Of a stretch of DNA of 64,000 nucleotides, positions 26,420 to 38,430 are shown piece by piece; the stretch's first letter is position 1; each line of letters opens with the position of its first letter. The notes under the pieces are model-generated. The model did no database searches. It had not been told where the DNA came from and worked only from the letters and a program-made list of their open reading frames with translations. Made by a program: the position numbers and the translations under genes. The stretch covers positions 80,848,001-80,912,000 of the forward strand of contig OZ024747.1 in NCBI GenBank assembly GCA_964016885.1, written 5' to 3'. This stretch comes from Eledone cirrhosa. Lineage: Eukaryota.

Positions 26420-28235
26420 ATGGCGGAAAAGATGGCAGACATGTCTGCCATTAGCTCTGCCACGCCCCCCAAGTCTGAAGAACAAAAAATAATTACAACA
26501 AAATTAGACAAAGAAACAAACAAAGAAAATGAAAAAACAAATGTTAAGGAAAATGAGCAAACGGAAAACAAACAAACAGAAAATAATACAAATAACAACA
26601 GGGCAACTTTCGCCCAGAAAACAAAACAATCCATTACATACACACCAATTGACCTAACGGCCGCCAGAGAAAAACTGGCCGAAGCAAAGAAACACATTGT
26701 TTTGGGGGAAAATGGAATGTTTTCCATTAACTCCCCCCCAGAATTCAAGAAAACGAGAACCGAGAACACAGTTCTCTTCAGAACAATCCTAAACGAAACA
26801 AGAAAGCCAGCACAGCCCAGCCAAATGGAGATAGAGTTGGTCCTAAAAGACTATATGAAGAATATTCTCTTCATACGAAAGGACCGACTCTATGGCAGCA
26901 TTTCGGTCTTAACAAAAGACAAGGAAACGGCGGAGAAGCTTTCCATAAGCCCACTCACATCGACAACATACAGCTTCTATCCCTCCTACATGGGTAGAAG
27001 AACACAGAGAGTAAAAATACAAACAATGCTGCCCACAATGGACTTCTGGTGGGCTATTGCTGGCTTCATAGACATGGGCGAGGACACAGTGCTGTCAATG
27101 GGGAAGGCATCCGGAGATGCGTTTCTGGGAATGGGCCTCGACCTACTAGTCCAAATGAGGCCCGAAAGAATAGCACAAATCCCGGATCGCATCTGGCTGG
27201 ATGAGCTCACCCCAATAGATATAATTGTAGAGGGGAGAAGACCAGCATGCTATTTATGCATGGAAAGGGGACACATTAAGGCTAACTGCCCGAAACGTGT
27301 CCCCCAAAAAGGACTATTGCCCACACCCACCACAAACAGTACACCAACACCACCCACCTCCAAAAATACACTAATACCACACACAGCAAACAAAATACAA
27401 ACACCACCAAGCACATCACCACCACCAGCAGCAAACACAAGCTCGACACAAAAATCACCACCACCATCACCAACACAAACACCATCACCACCATTACCAA
27501 CCACAAGCACGACACAAACAGCACCACCACCACCACAAAACGCATTCCAAACAAATAATAAAAAAAAAACAGCAACAAATCTACCCCTCCCGCAAAAAAA
27601 AACCAGACACGACGTCCCTCCCACCTAGCGCTGAAGAGTTTCCCCCAACTTCTGAAGAAGAAGGAGGAGAAGCCTTCAGACAAGTTAAAAGAAAAAAAAG
27701 AAAGCACACACCCAGCACACCACAAATAACCCACACACAAACACCAACTCCAATAAAAAATACCCCACCCTCAACAAACAAAAATAAATCTGCGCCTCCC
27801 CTCTCCGAAACATTGACAGCATCACAAAAAAGACATTGCAATACACATATATAAATAAAGAAAACAAAAAACTGTTTAAATTAATAAACAATAGCCCTTT
27901 GGTGCAGACCGAAGGGCCAAACTTTATCTCAACAGAGAACTTCACCCATTTAAAAATGATAAAGGTCCCTCTGGACCTTTATCGTTCCTTAAAAGAACAA
28001 TTTAGACAGGACGTGAGCCCCCCCCTGTTTAAAACCGTTAAATCGCGTCCTCTTGAAAGACTTCCCCATAACCTCCCCTCACCCCGACACAACTCCAAAC
28101 ACCCCAACCCAACCACACTCGGGCACCCCCACACCACCACAAAACATCCCTCCACCCAACACACCTGACGCCATGGAAATTACACAACCCGGAGAGGTAA
28201 GTGCTTTTCTTTCTTCACTTTCAACACCAAAATAG
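26420..28235 (+). CDS. Tx1 ORF1 (gag-like, zinc knuckle), frameshifted in its C-terminal half
   Basis: Open to 27628 with CYLCMERGHIKANC and a Pro/Thr-rich tail; plausible continuation in other frames after A-runs (EEEGGEAFRQVKRKKRK; ORFs 27836, 28053). Confidence 0.8.
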
Positions 28236-31200
28236 ATCAATTAAGAGTTGGCTGTTTGAACGCGCGTGGCCTGGGCTCAGCTTGGAAGCAAGCAAAGCTA
28301 CTAAGTGACCTCAGGTCACGAAGTATAGATGTGATCGTTGTTTGCGAGAGTCGGATCAGCAGCGTGCGACAGCTGGCTCCCGCCTTCGATGACTTTGAGA
28401 TGCACGCATCTCTCTGTCAACCCAGAGGCGGGGGGGGGGGGAGTTGCCGTACTGCTGGATAAACGTCTGGCTCTCGACGTACAGATTGTTCACTCGGACC
28501 CGGGGGGTCGAATACTGGTGCTGGACGTCGGAGGCGGTGAAGGCGGGGCTTTCAGACTGGTCGGTCTTTATGCCCCCTTCGGGGCTGAAAGAGCCGACTT
28601 CTTCCAGCGTCTGGAGACTTTTCTAGGAACGTCGCGTTCCCTGCTTTTAGTGGGGGACTGGAATGGAATCCTAGATGCGCGTTGGGACTATGCAGGGGCA
28701 TGTCCCGATAGAGGGGGGTGTAGCAGCCTCAAGGGGTTACTCGATCGATTCGACCTGGTCGATAGATTTCGACTAGATTGTCCAACTGCGCCAACCTGGA
28801 CCTGGGCAAACCGCAGTGGACAATCTAGATTGTACCTAGATAGGTTTTTGGTTAGGAGTAAGGATAGGGACGTATTTAGTTGTCCAGAATTGATCATGGT
28901 TGGCTATTCAGATCACAAATTAGTGACCTGCGTGGTCAACCTTGATAGAACGCATAGACAGGGTCCCGGTTACTGGAAGATGAACTTGTCCTTGCCGGCA
29001 AAGAAAAATTACAGGAACCGGATTAGTAGCTTAGTTAAGATGCGGTTGACGGGAGCGATTGTCAACAGTAGGTGGTGGGTATCTCTAAAGAGAGAGATTA
29101 GAGTAAGTTCGATAGGTTACAGTAAGGAACTAGCGGCGAATAGAAATAGGAAGGAAAGGGAGTTAACAGATAAACTAGAAGAGGCGATTAGGAGCGGAGA
29201 CGTAGCCAGAGTGTTAGCGGCTAAAACGGCGTTGAGCCAGTTCTTTGACGCGAAGCACGAAGGCTGCGTTGTCCGAAGTAAAATACGTGCTTTAGGAAAC
29301 GAGGGGACCAAAGCTGTTAGCTGGGCCCGCGTGACAGAAGCCAAGAGTGGGATTAAATCCACCATTCGGTCTTTGCGAGACCAGGATGGACGGGTGATCC
29401 TTGAACCTGAGCGGATGTGCGAGGCCTTTCAAAGGCACTTTGCTCGACTGTTCGGAGGGGGCGGGGGGCCGGACGGGGATGTGGACTTCGGTCCATACCT
29501 CGACGGTCTACCGCGTCTTTCGAGCGGCGAAGCGGAGTGCTGCGAAAGGCCAATCACAGCCACTGAAATCGGGGAAGCGCTCAGCCAATGCAGCAGACGC
29601 AAATCTCCGGGTCTCGATGGTCTACCATACGAACTTTATTTAGCTATGCCGGTCTTGTTCTCCGAACTCCTCGAGGCTGTCTATTGCAACTGGCAACAGA
29701 ACGGGAGAATTCCCTGTTCTGTGACCAAGGGCGTGGTCACGCTAGTGAGGAAGGACGAGAGCAAGGGGGACGACTTAAGTAACTTTAGGCCCATAACTCT
29801 GCTGAATGCAGAGTTACAGATTTTGGCCAAGGTGTTGGCGAAGAGGTTGGCGCTTGTGGTGGGTGGTTTGGTGGGAGACGCGCAGACATGCGCTATCCCG
29901 TCCAGGTCCATTCACGACAACCTCCACCTCATGCGATACATCATAGAGAGGGTTGGCAACGAACCCGGCTTTGGTGGGGCCCTGATCAACTTGGATCAAT
30001 CTAAGGCGTTCGATAGGGTCGACCATGGTTACCTGGAAGCGGTGCTAGCGGCGGCGGGCTTCGGACCCGTTTTCAGGGGCTGGATTTCTGCCATGCACAG
30101 TGGCAACATCTACTCTAGGATTAAAGTAAACGGCTACCTCTCGGAGCCGTTTCAAATCACCCGGTCCATCAGACAGGGGTGCCCCCTCTCCTCCCTTCTG
30201 TACGTATTGACTCTCGAGCCACTGCTGCGGAAGTTGGAGTTGCTGCGGGGCATACCCCTGGAACCGGGATTGCACAAAGCGGTCTCGGCCTATGCCGACG
30301 ACGTAACAGTAATGGTGGCGGACGCCTCGGAAATCGGGGCGATCGCCACCCTACTGGAGGAATACGAAAGGCTGACGGGGGCTAGGCTGAACCGGGACAA
30401 GTCAGTCGGTTTGCAACTCGGAACGTGGAGGGGCAAACCGATGCCGTTAGACGGTGTCGTCGGGCGGTGGACGGAGGGCCCGGTGAAGCTGCTCGGGGTC
30501 TGGTTCGGACCGGACCTCCAGGTGGAGAAGAATTGGGGCGAGGTGACGAGCAGGGTGTTTGCGCTGACCCAGAAGTGGGCCAAGTGCAAACTATCACTGA
30601 AAGGTCGGGCGGAGGTGACGAACGCTTACATAGCGTCCGTCATCTGCTACCGCCTGACCGTCGTGCCTTGCCCCAAGGAAAAGATCACCATCATGGAACG
30701 CATGCTCTTCCAGTTCCTCTGGAAGAAGCGGCCTCCCATGGTGAGGAGATCCATCTGCTGCCAGCACCCTTCGAAAGGAGGGCTGGGTATGCCGTGGCTG
30801 TTGATGCGTAGGCACGCATTGAGGCTACGGCATCTACAGGTATTCCTCACCGGTCAGCCGGTGTGGGCCCCGTTTGTGAGACGAGCCTTCCCACAGCTCG
30901 TCTCGCTCACCGAGCTGCAATCCTGGGTGAAGCAAAGACCGAGAAAACTGGGCAACTGGCACACCGAGTGTGCCCAGGCGCTCACGGCTATCGGGCAAGC
31001 GGACCCGACTGTCAGTGGAGAATCCACCTCGACATTCTATAGAGGGCTGGTGGCTAGCAGGGGCGACGACACCCTTGGAGAGTCGCTAGGCATGGAGGAG
31101 GACGAACTGGCCAGCCTGTTCGGTAGAACTTTCGGCCCGGGACCCATGGACAACTTCCAGAGGTCCCTAGCCTGGCAGTGTTACCGGGGGGCTCTGCCCG

Positions 31201-31673
31201 TTCGAGAAAAGCTCTACAGACACGGGCGCCCGGGCAGGGATCCAGCGAAAAAGATCTGTCCCAGATGCGTGCGCGACGAGGAAACCGTTGCGCATGCACT
31301 GGTACACTGCCCGGGCGTTGCCGATCTGTGGGGCTACGTCGAACGACTGCTGTCGCGTGTGGCGCCGATTCGATTAACCGCCGAGTCTGTGGTGAACATC
31401 AAGCCGCCTCCTCCCTTCAGAAACGAAGCAGAAGCGGTCTTTCTGTGCGTAATAGCCATGATGAAAGAGGTTGTGTGGTGGACGCGCCTGAAAGGTCTGA
31501 GGTCGGGTGACTTTCTCTCCGGCCATCACCTGGTTTACTTCTTCCGATACCACTTCGGAAGAAGGATCAGGATGGAGAGAGAAGTGCTTGGCCCCAGACA
31601 GTTTTATGAAAGGTGGGTGAAAGAAGCGAGAATGGCTCGTGTAAATGGGCCTTCTCTCTACATTGTTCTGTAG
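28235..31673 (+). CDS. Tx1 ORF2: APE endonuclease, reverse transcriptase, C-terminal CCHC; one frameshift in the G-run ~28430-28441
   Basis: VGCLNARGL..VCES | GVAVL, LYAP, GDWN, LDRF, SDH; KSPGLDG, FRPITLLN, DQSKAFDRV, QGCPLS, YADD, CPRC..ETVAHALVHC. Confidence 0.95.
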
Positions 31674-31903
31674 GTGAAGAAGTGAAGAGGAAAGGGGGAG
31701 CGCCTCCTCTCTGGGCTTCCCCTGCGAAAAGGGTTGCACACTTTTCGGGGGTATGTGCAATCCCGAACACGCCCCCTCCCTTTTGAGGACTTTTTATTAT
31801 TATATTATTATTGTTATTCCTTTTTCTTTACTCGATTTATGTAAACTCCCCCACTGTGTATTTGTCCCCTTCTTTTGTGCCCTCGTGGCAAATAAATAGA
31901 AAT

Positions 31904-31965
<62 letters not shown>

Positions 31966-31978
31966 GTCTATCTATATA

Positions 31979-32950
31979 TCTGGCACCTCGAGTGCCTACA
32001 GGCGCTCACACCCCTCTACCAAGTGGAAACGGCAATCAGCGGAGACTCTACTTCGACATTCTATAGGGGATTAGTGGAGGATAAGTGCGACGACGTTGTC
32101 GGGGAAAAACTAGGCATCGAGGAGGACGAACTGACCAGTCTGTTCGGGAGGACTTTCCGTCCAGGGCCTATGGATAACTTCCAGAGGTCTCTGGCCTGGC
32201 AGTGCTACCAAGGAGCTCTACCAGTTCGAAACAAAATCTACAGGCACGGACGCCCTGGCAGAGATCCTGCCATAAGGACCTGTCCAAGATGCGAGCAGGA
32301 CATCGAAACCGTTCTGCACGCAATTGTTCAGTGCCCAGGGGTGCCCGAACTGTTGAATTATGTCGAACAGCTAGTGTCACGTGTGGGACGCATCCAGTTG
32401 TCAGCCGAGTCTATCGTAAGGATCACCCCGCCGCCTTCATTTAAGAACGAAGAAGAGGCGGTTTTCCTCTGTCTGGCGGCTATGGCGAAAGAGGTAATAT
32501 GGTGGACGAGGTTAAAAGGACTGAGGGCAAACACCTTTCTCTCCGGACAACACAACTTATCCCCTTCTTTAAGTACCACATCAGAAGGAAGGTGAGAGTG
32601 GAGAGAGCGCTGCTACACCCCAGTAAATTCGCTGAAAGGTGGGTGAATGTGGCAAAGATGGCCCGAACGAATGGGCCTTCTCTGTATATAAACCTGTAGG
32701 TTGAGGAAGATAAATAGAGGGAAGACAGGAACACCTACAAAACGTGTTCCTGGTGTTGAGGGTTGTTCTATCCACGGGGTGTAAAACAACGCTGCAATAA
32801 CGTTCCCCCCTATTGGGGATTTCAATTGTTATTTCATTATATATAGTTTATTGTTATTTATTAATGTTAAAGTTATTTTTATGTAAAACCCCCGCCGTCA
32901 CGTCTTGTAATGTCCCATTTGTGTACGCCCCTGTGGCAAATAAAGAAAGA
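31979..32950 (+). mobile_element. 5'-truncated Tx1 copy of a sister subfamily
   Basis: WHLECLQALT..MDNFQRSLAWQCY..CPRC..HAIVQC..NGPSLYINL*, homologous to the ORF2 end; different 3' UTR ending gtggcaaataaa then (TCTG/TCTA)n. Confidence 0.93.
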
Positions 32951-32960
32951 TATCTGTCTA

Positions 32961-32996
<36 letters not shown>

Positions 32997-33404
32997 ACGG
33001 TGGAGCTTTGTTTCCTTGCTATAAACATTCTTATAATAATTAAAAACGAAACATTATTATAAATATTATGACTATACAGAAAGCTGTTCCATATTACTTG
33101 TCAATATCTATGTTTCTTAAGTATGTATTTATGTACGGACCCGTAGCACCTGGTGGAAGTGTAGTGCCATGTCTTAGACATTTTAAATCTGGCGGCACCC
33201 ATCCCTGTCGAGGTGTGAACACAGCCGATTTCTACTAGACAAAATGTGAAACAAGCGATAAAGGGAATGAGGATTTCGAAACTATATGAGGCAAAGTTGA
33301 TCTCGGTGGGGTTTGAATATATACCGCATTGTAATCAATTCTACCATTTCGCTACTTTATGTATGTTTGTGTAACCAAGGTAAATACCATAGTTTAATAT
33401 TTTG

Positions 33405-33560
33405 TGTGGAATTTGAGTTCAAATCCCGCCGAAGTTAACTTTGCCTTTCCTCCTTACAGGGTCGATAAAAATCAAGTACCAATCACACACTGGGGTCGAT
33501 TTAATCGACTTTCTCCTCCCCGAAAATTGCTGGCCTTGTGCCTATATAAGAAATCATTAT
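33405..33560 (+). mobile_element. SINE family A, 5'-truncated
   Basis: gagttcaaatcccgccga...gggtcgataaaa...gctggccttgtgcc. Confidence 0.85.
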
Positions 33561-34131
33561 TTTGTGTGGACATTTTTTGCTGTATTATCCCATTTTATAT
33601 TCAAATAGCTCGATATTTTGTTGGACTGATTGAAATATTGAGCTGAGATATTGTCAACAAAAGGAACAGACGACATTTGAAACATTTCTATAACCGCATG
33701 ATATTGATAAATTGTTGCTGTTTCAACAATTTAAATCAACTAAATATAATCACGTATGCATTGTATATACAGCCGCATGGTCTCGCATATAGAAACTTAG
33801 AACCAGTAAAACTAGATAACCTGTTAAACATATATATGTACTTGTTCAATGTTCATATATACTAACAAACAGACTAACATACATACAAACACAAATACAA
33901 TTCTCAAATTGTATTTCAGAAAAATAAAATATCTTTTCTTTATACAAATATGCGTACATATATTACTCTATATGATATCACTATGCGCTGCGTATAGTTT
34001 TCAAATATACTTAAATAATAATGTACAGCTCGTACAATATTTTTATTATTACTCTAACTAATATCACTCAAATAAAGTTGGTTAAGATTATAATTCAAAG
34101 ATTAGGTTCCATACTTATACCCCCCCCCCCC

Positions 34132-34172
<41 letters not shown>

Positions 34173-34288
34173 TTAATAAGAGGAATTCCAACTTTGTCTG
34201 ATTTACTCGTTTTATTTACAATCCTTTAAAATTTATAATGGTATTATAATGAAATAGTATGATAGAATATTATATGTTAAGTGTTAAT

Positions 34289-34327
34289 TGAACAAGTACT
34301 TTCATGCTTTCGCAATCTTCAGGTTCA
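34289..34327 (-). ncRNA. Hammerhead family H1
   Basis: Identical to 13514-13552. Confidence 0.88.
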
Positions 34328-34399
34328 TAGTATGTGGTGACAGTCAAGTTTGCAATTTTCAACTGTGAAAATTGCAAACTTGACTGTCACCACACATTA

Positions 34400-34438
34400 T
34401 GAACCTGAAGATTGCGAAAGCATGAAAGTACTTGTTCA
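34400..34438 (+). ncRNA. Hammerhead family H1
   Basis: TGAAC CTGAAGA TTGCGAAAGCAT GAAA GTAC TT GTTCA. Confidence 0.88.
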
Positions 34439-35259
34439 ATTAACACTTAACAATTAATATTCTATCATACTATTTCATTATAATACCATTATAAATTTTA
34501 AAGGATTGTAAATAAAACGAGTAAATCAGACAAAGTTGGAATTCCTCTTATTAATATAATCTTCTATACACAATCATACACACCCGTGTATATTTATCTA
34601 TCTATATATATATATATATACACACACACATACACACACACATATATATATATATGCCCACATTAACACATATATTCGGAGAGGTATGCATACTGGGTTC
34701 TGAAAGAAATAATAGAAACTGTTGACCGAATATTGTTAGCAGCGGAATTAAAACATATGGAATTTTCAGGCATCTGTAGTACTTCAGTAAACAACAAAAA
34801 AGTTCGTTTCTTAGAGATTAATGCTTATTCAATTGAATGAAATTCAATTGAATAAATAAATCAGATTCGTATTTATGTGAAAAACAATATCACAGTCCTC
34901 AATGTCTCCTTCATACATTGAACAGTAAAATTATGCAAGACATTTCTGAAGTTCAATAAACGATTGTCGATTTGTTGTTTGAAATTCATTGCAGAGAGCT
35001 TACGCCTTAGTAATATACCGTTGTTGAGGAATTTCAAAGGATATAGCAAAGAGAATATATACATATATTCAAAGACAGATGTTTCGTGTTTTCGTTTCAA
35101 CAAAAGTACCTTTTCATTTCGCTCAAGACAGCCTCTTACAAACAAAATACCTCACAGAATATTAATAGGGAACCGACACAGACACAGACACAAAATCATA
35201 TATCCTTACAACCACACCCACATATACACACACAAACACACACATATATACATTTACAT

Positions 35260-35307
<48 letters not shown>

Positions 35308-35339
35308 GCAAATATATATATAATATTTATATATATATA

Positions 35340-35529
35340 TAATTGTTTCTACTTTTGGCACAAGGCCAGCATTTACCCAGTGCATTACTGGTACTTTATT
35401 TTATCGACCCCGTAAGGATGAAAAGCAAAGTTAACCTCGGCGGGATTTGAACTCAGAATGGCAAGGGCTGTAACTCTATGCGCCAAAGCATGGCGTCCGA
35501 CCCTCTACCGATACTGCCAATCAACCGCC
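35340..35529 (-). mobile_element. SINE family A
   Basis: Full-length reverse copy. Confidence 0.9.
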
Positions 35530-35683
35530 CTATATATATATATTGTTCTTATATATATTTATATATATATATATAAATATTATATAAATATTATATATAT
35601 ATTTGCATATAAATATTTCTCCCGTGCATTCAAAACCATACAAAACGTATAAATATATATATATATAATTTATTATATTTCGA

Positions 35684-35741
35684 ATACCTGATGATATCAC
35701 CGGATTCATACGAAACCCGATCATTGAAATGATCATAGTAT
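35684..35741 (+). ncRNA. Minimal hammerhead (family H4) heading a solo pLTR-like segment (~35670-35940)
   Basis: ATAC CTGATGA ...cggattcatacgaaacccg... GAAA TGATCA TA GTAT then AATAAA; palindromic ATGATCAT stem III; (TA)n flanks. Confidence 0.75.
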
Positions 35742-35940
35742 AATAAACCTTTCAAGGATTTACACAAGTCCAGCCTCCTGTCATTTTATTATAATATTTA
35801 ACTCCGTACTAGCACCACCAACTACAAAAATGAAGACGGTTGAACTGCTTTGCGTTGAGTACTCTCCATATTATTACATTAAGATTGACTACACGGGATT
35901 GACCAGCTCTATCCAGTGGTGAACCTTCAAACCTGAATAA

Positions 35941-35985
<45 letters not shown>

Positions 35986-36162
35986 GCATATGTGTATGCA
36001 TGTATGTATGCATATACAAAAATATAAACAAATATATAAGATTGTGCTATGACGGCGATGACGGCCTTGTTTTGCAATGCTTTTGATATATAATCGTGTT
36101 GTATTATATATATCTGGCAATATGACCCTCCACAAATATAAGAATAATTGTTTCAACACATG

Positions 36163-36209
<47 letters not shown>

Positions 36210-36229
36210 ATATATACATATACATATAC

Positions 36230-36274
<45 letters not shown>

Positions 36275-37166
36275 GGAGGTGAGTTTTATTTATGAACGTA
36301 AAATTATAACTAGCACCAGTTCCCTCACCTATTTTGGCTCCACTTCCACCTCTTTTAAAGCTCGTCTCTATAATCATCATTCATCTTTCAAATACAAACT
36401 TAAAAGAACCAACACTGCTCTCTCAGAACTCATATGGTCCTTAAAAGACAAAAACATTAAATATACCATGTTTTGGAAGAAGATTTCTTCTGCATCCTCA
36501 TACTTGAACAGCTCTCTATCTAAAATCTGTAATCTCTGCCTAAATGAAAAATTTACCATTATCTCTAACCTAGATTCTATAATAAATAGACGCACAGATT
36601 TGTTTTCTATCTGCCTGCATAAATTCCATAGAACTTTTCACAAAGTATACAGTTAATATTCAATTCTTTATCAATTTAGAATCTTTTCTCAAAGGCACAT
36701 ATACATACACCTCTTTAAAATATACCCATCTACCTTACTTTAAAGGGCATTATACACTCTATAATACTTGTTTACTCATTACCCTCATTCTATCTTCACC
36801 TTGTAAAATCATAACATATACATTTGTTGTTTTGACGTTAGAATATTCATCCGCAATCATTATTATTTTTTCTCTCTATCATAAATCTTTTTAATCTCAA
36901 TTTCATCCTTAATTTATTATTTTTTTCTCCCCATCAACGAACTCATTATTAATACATATTAACTCCTTATTCGCATATATTATCAATTCCTTCAATATAC
37001 AAACTTTAACTTCACATTATTTTTCTCAAATCCTTCTACACACAAACCTTAATAATTTTTCTCTTCGTTAATTTTGAAATTGCCACAATACATACATTTC
37101 TTTTTTTGACGTTAGAATATTCATCCACAATTATTATTTTTTTCTCTCTATCTTCATACATAAATT

Positions 37167-37800
37167 CCCTTCGTTAATTTTCAAATTCCTTTAATTTATA
37201 CATTATCTTCCAACGGTTCTCAACCTCTCTATGTTAAAACAATATATCTTTTTCTCAGTTATAAAAACTATCTCTTTCTCTCTATCACCCATCTCTCCCT
37301 CTCCACCTTCACTCTCATCTCCTCCCCCTTTTTTTTCCATCCTTTCCCCCCCCCCTCCCTAAATAAAATATTTTTTCCTCGCACATATCCTCCCTTCGTT
37401 AATTTTCAAAATTTTTAATTTATACATTATCTTCCAACAGTTTTCAACCTCTCTATGTAAAACAATATATCTCCTCTCAGTTATAAAAACTATCTCTTTC
37501 TCTCTATCACCCATCTCTCCCTCTCCACCTTCACTCTCATCTCCTCCCCCTTTTTTCCCATCCCCCCCCCCCTCCCTAAATAAAATATTTTTTCCTCGCA
37601 CATATCCTCCCTTCGTTAATTTTCAAAATTTGTAATTTATACATTATCTTCTAACGGTTTTCAACCTCTCTATGTAAAACAATATATCTCCTCTCAGTTA
37701 TAAAAACTATCTCTTTCTCTCTATCACCCATCTCTCCCTCTCATCTCCTTCCCTTTTCATCCTTTCCACCCCCCCCTCTCTAAATAAAATATTTTTCCCA
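37167..37800 (+). repeat. Three tandem copies of a ~220-bp pyrimidine-rich unit
   Basis: cccttcgttaattttcaaa recurs at 37167, 37392 and 37609. Confidence 0.92.
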
Positions 37801-37893
37801 ATATCACACATCAATCTAAAACCACTTTTCATATGTTGATTTAAAACTGCACTATCCACAAGTGTTTTTTAGCCTTCATATCATGTTCTCCTG

Positions 37894-37960
37894 TTTTATC
37901 TGATGAAAACACAAATATTATTGCATGATGATGTTTGTTTTTGAAATGCGCATAATAAAA
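37894..37960 (+). ncRNA. Minimal hammerhead (family H3)
   Basis: TTTTAT CTGATGA aaacacaaatat..atgtttgttttt GAAA TGCGCA TA ATAAAA; palindromic ATGCGCAT stem III. Confidence 0.85.
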
Positions 37961-38029
37961 TACATGGAACTCCTTTAACCATCTTTTGATCTTATATTAT
38001 ATATATATATATATATATATAATGGAAAA

Positions 38030-38071
<42 letters not shown>

Positions 38072-38353
38072 GCATATGTATATGCATGTATGTATGCATA
38101 TACAAAAATATAAACAAATATAAGTATTTCATTTAAAAATATGATTCCTAATTATAAATATTTGTTTTAAATATGTTTCTGCACTTAATAAATTGCTTAT
38201 ATCTGCTTCATTCCTACCTAATTTACGAACACCTGAACATTCCTCAGGTGGTGTGCTTAATTATGAGTAATTTCAACTTTCGAGAGCGAAATCCACCCTA
38301 CTCCACAATGAAAAGGGAAATAATTTCCATTTGAATACACTGTATTTGCCTAG

Positions 38354-38384
<31 letters not shown>

Positions 38385-38430
38385 TGTATGTATGTATGTA
38401 TGTATGTATGTATGTATGTATGTATGTATG

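Larger units (their letters stand above)
26218..31903 (+). mobile_element. Near full-length Tx1-like (L1 clade) LINE in an (ATCT)n microsatellite
   Basis: 5' UTR, ORF1 with CCHC knuckle, ORF2 APE-RT-CCHC, 3' UTR with AATAAA at 31891; ATCT repeats on both flanks. Confidence 0.96.
34171..34604. mobile_element. Palindromic double-hammerhead non-autonomous element, copy 1
   Basis: Arms 34171-34361 and 34366-34556, loop ACTG, extra ~48-nt pLTR tail on the right; matches 13345-13591; (TA)n flanks. Confidence 0.93.
36271..38000 (+). mobile_element. 5'-truncated Naiad-like PLE: EN C-terminus, repeat-expanded 3' UTR, HHR
   Basis: ORF 36279-36656 FIY..YFG.T.TSFKARLYNH..T.LS..W..CNLCLNEK..N.R..F..CLH, similar to 21270-21600; HHR at 37894; (TA)n flanks. 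Confidence 0.88.

Noticed and set aside
28197-28235. GTAAGT...TAG mini-intron that might fuse Tx1 ORF1 to ORF2
   Set aside because: Only 39 nt, and splicing gives GAG ATC AAT TAA, out of frame with ORF2.
28444-31770. Many overlapping and antisense ORFs within Tx1 ORF2
   Set aside because: Expected shadows of a GC-rich coding region.
34990-35130. Further minus-strand exon candidates (also near 45958-46098 and 49376-49432)
   Set aside because: Splice signals present but frames and phases could not be joined consistently.
37167-37800. CRISPR-like repeat array
   Set aside because: Contiguous tandem units with no unique spacers, in a eukaryotic context.
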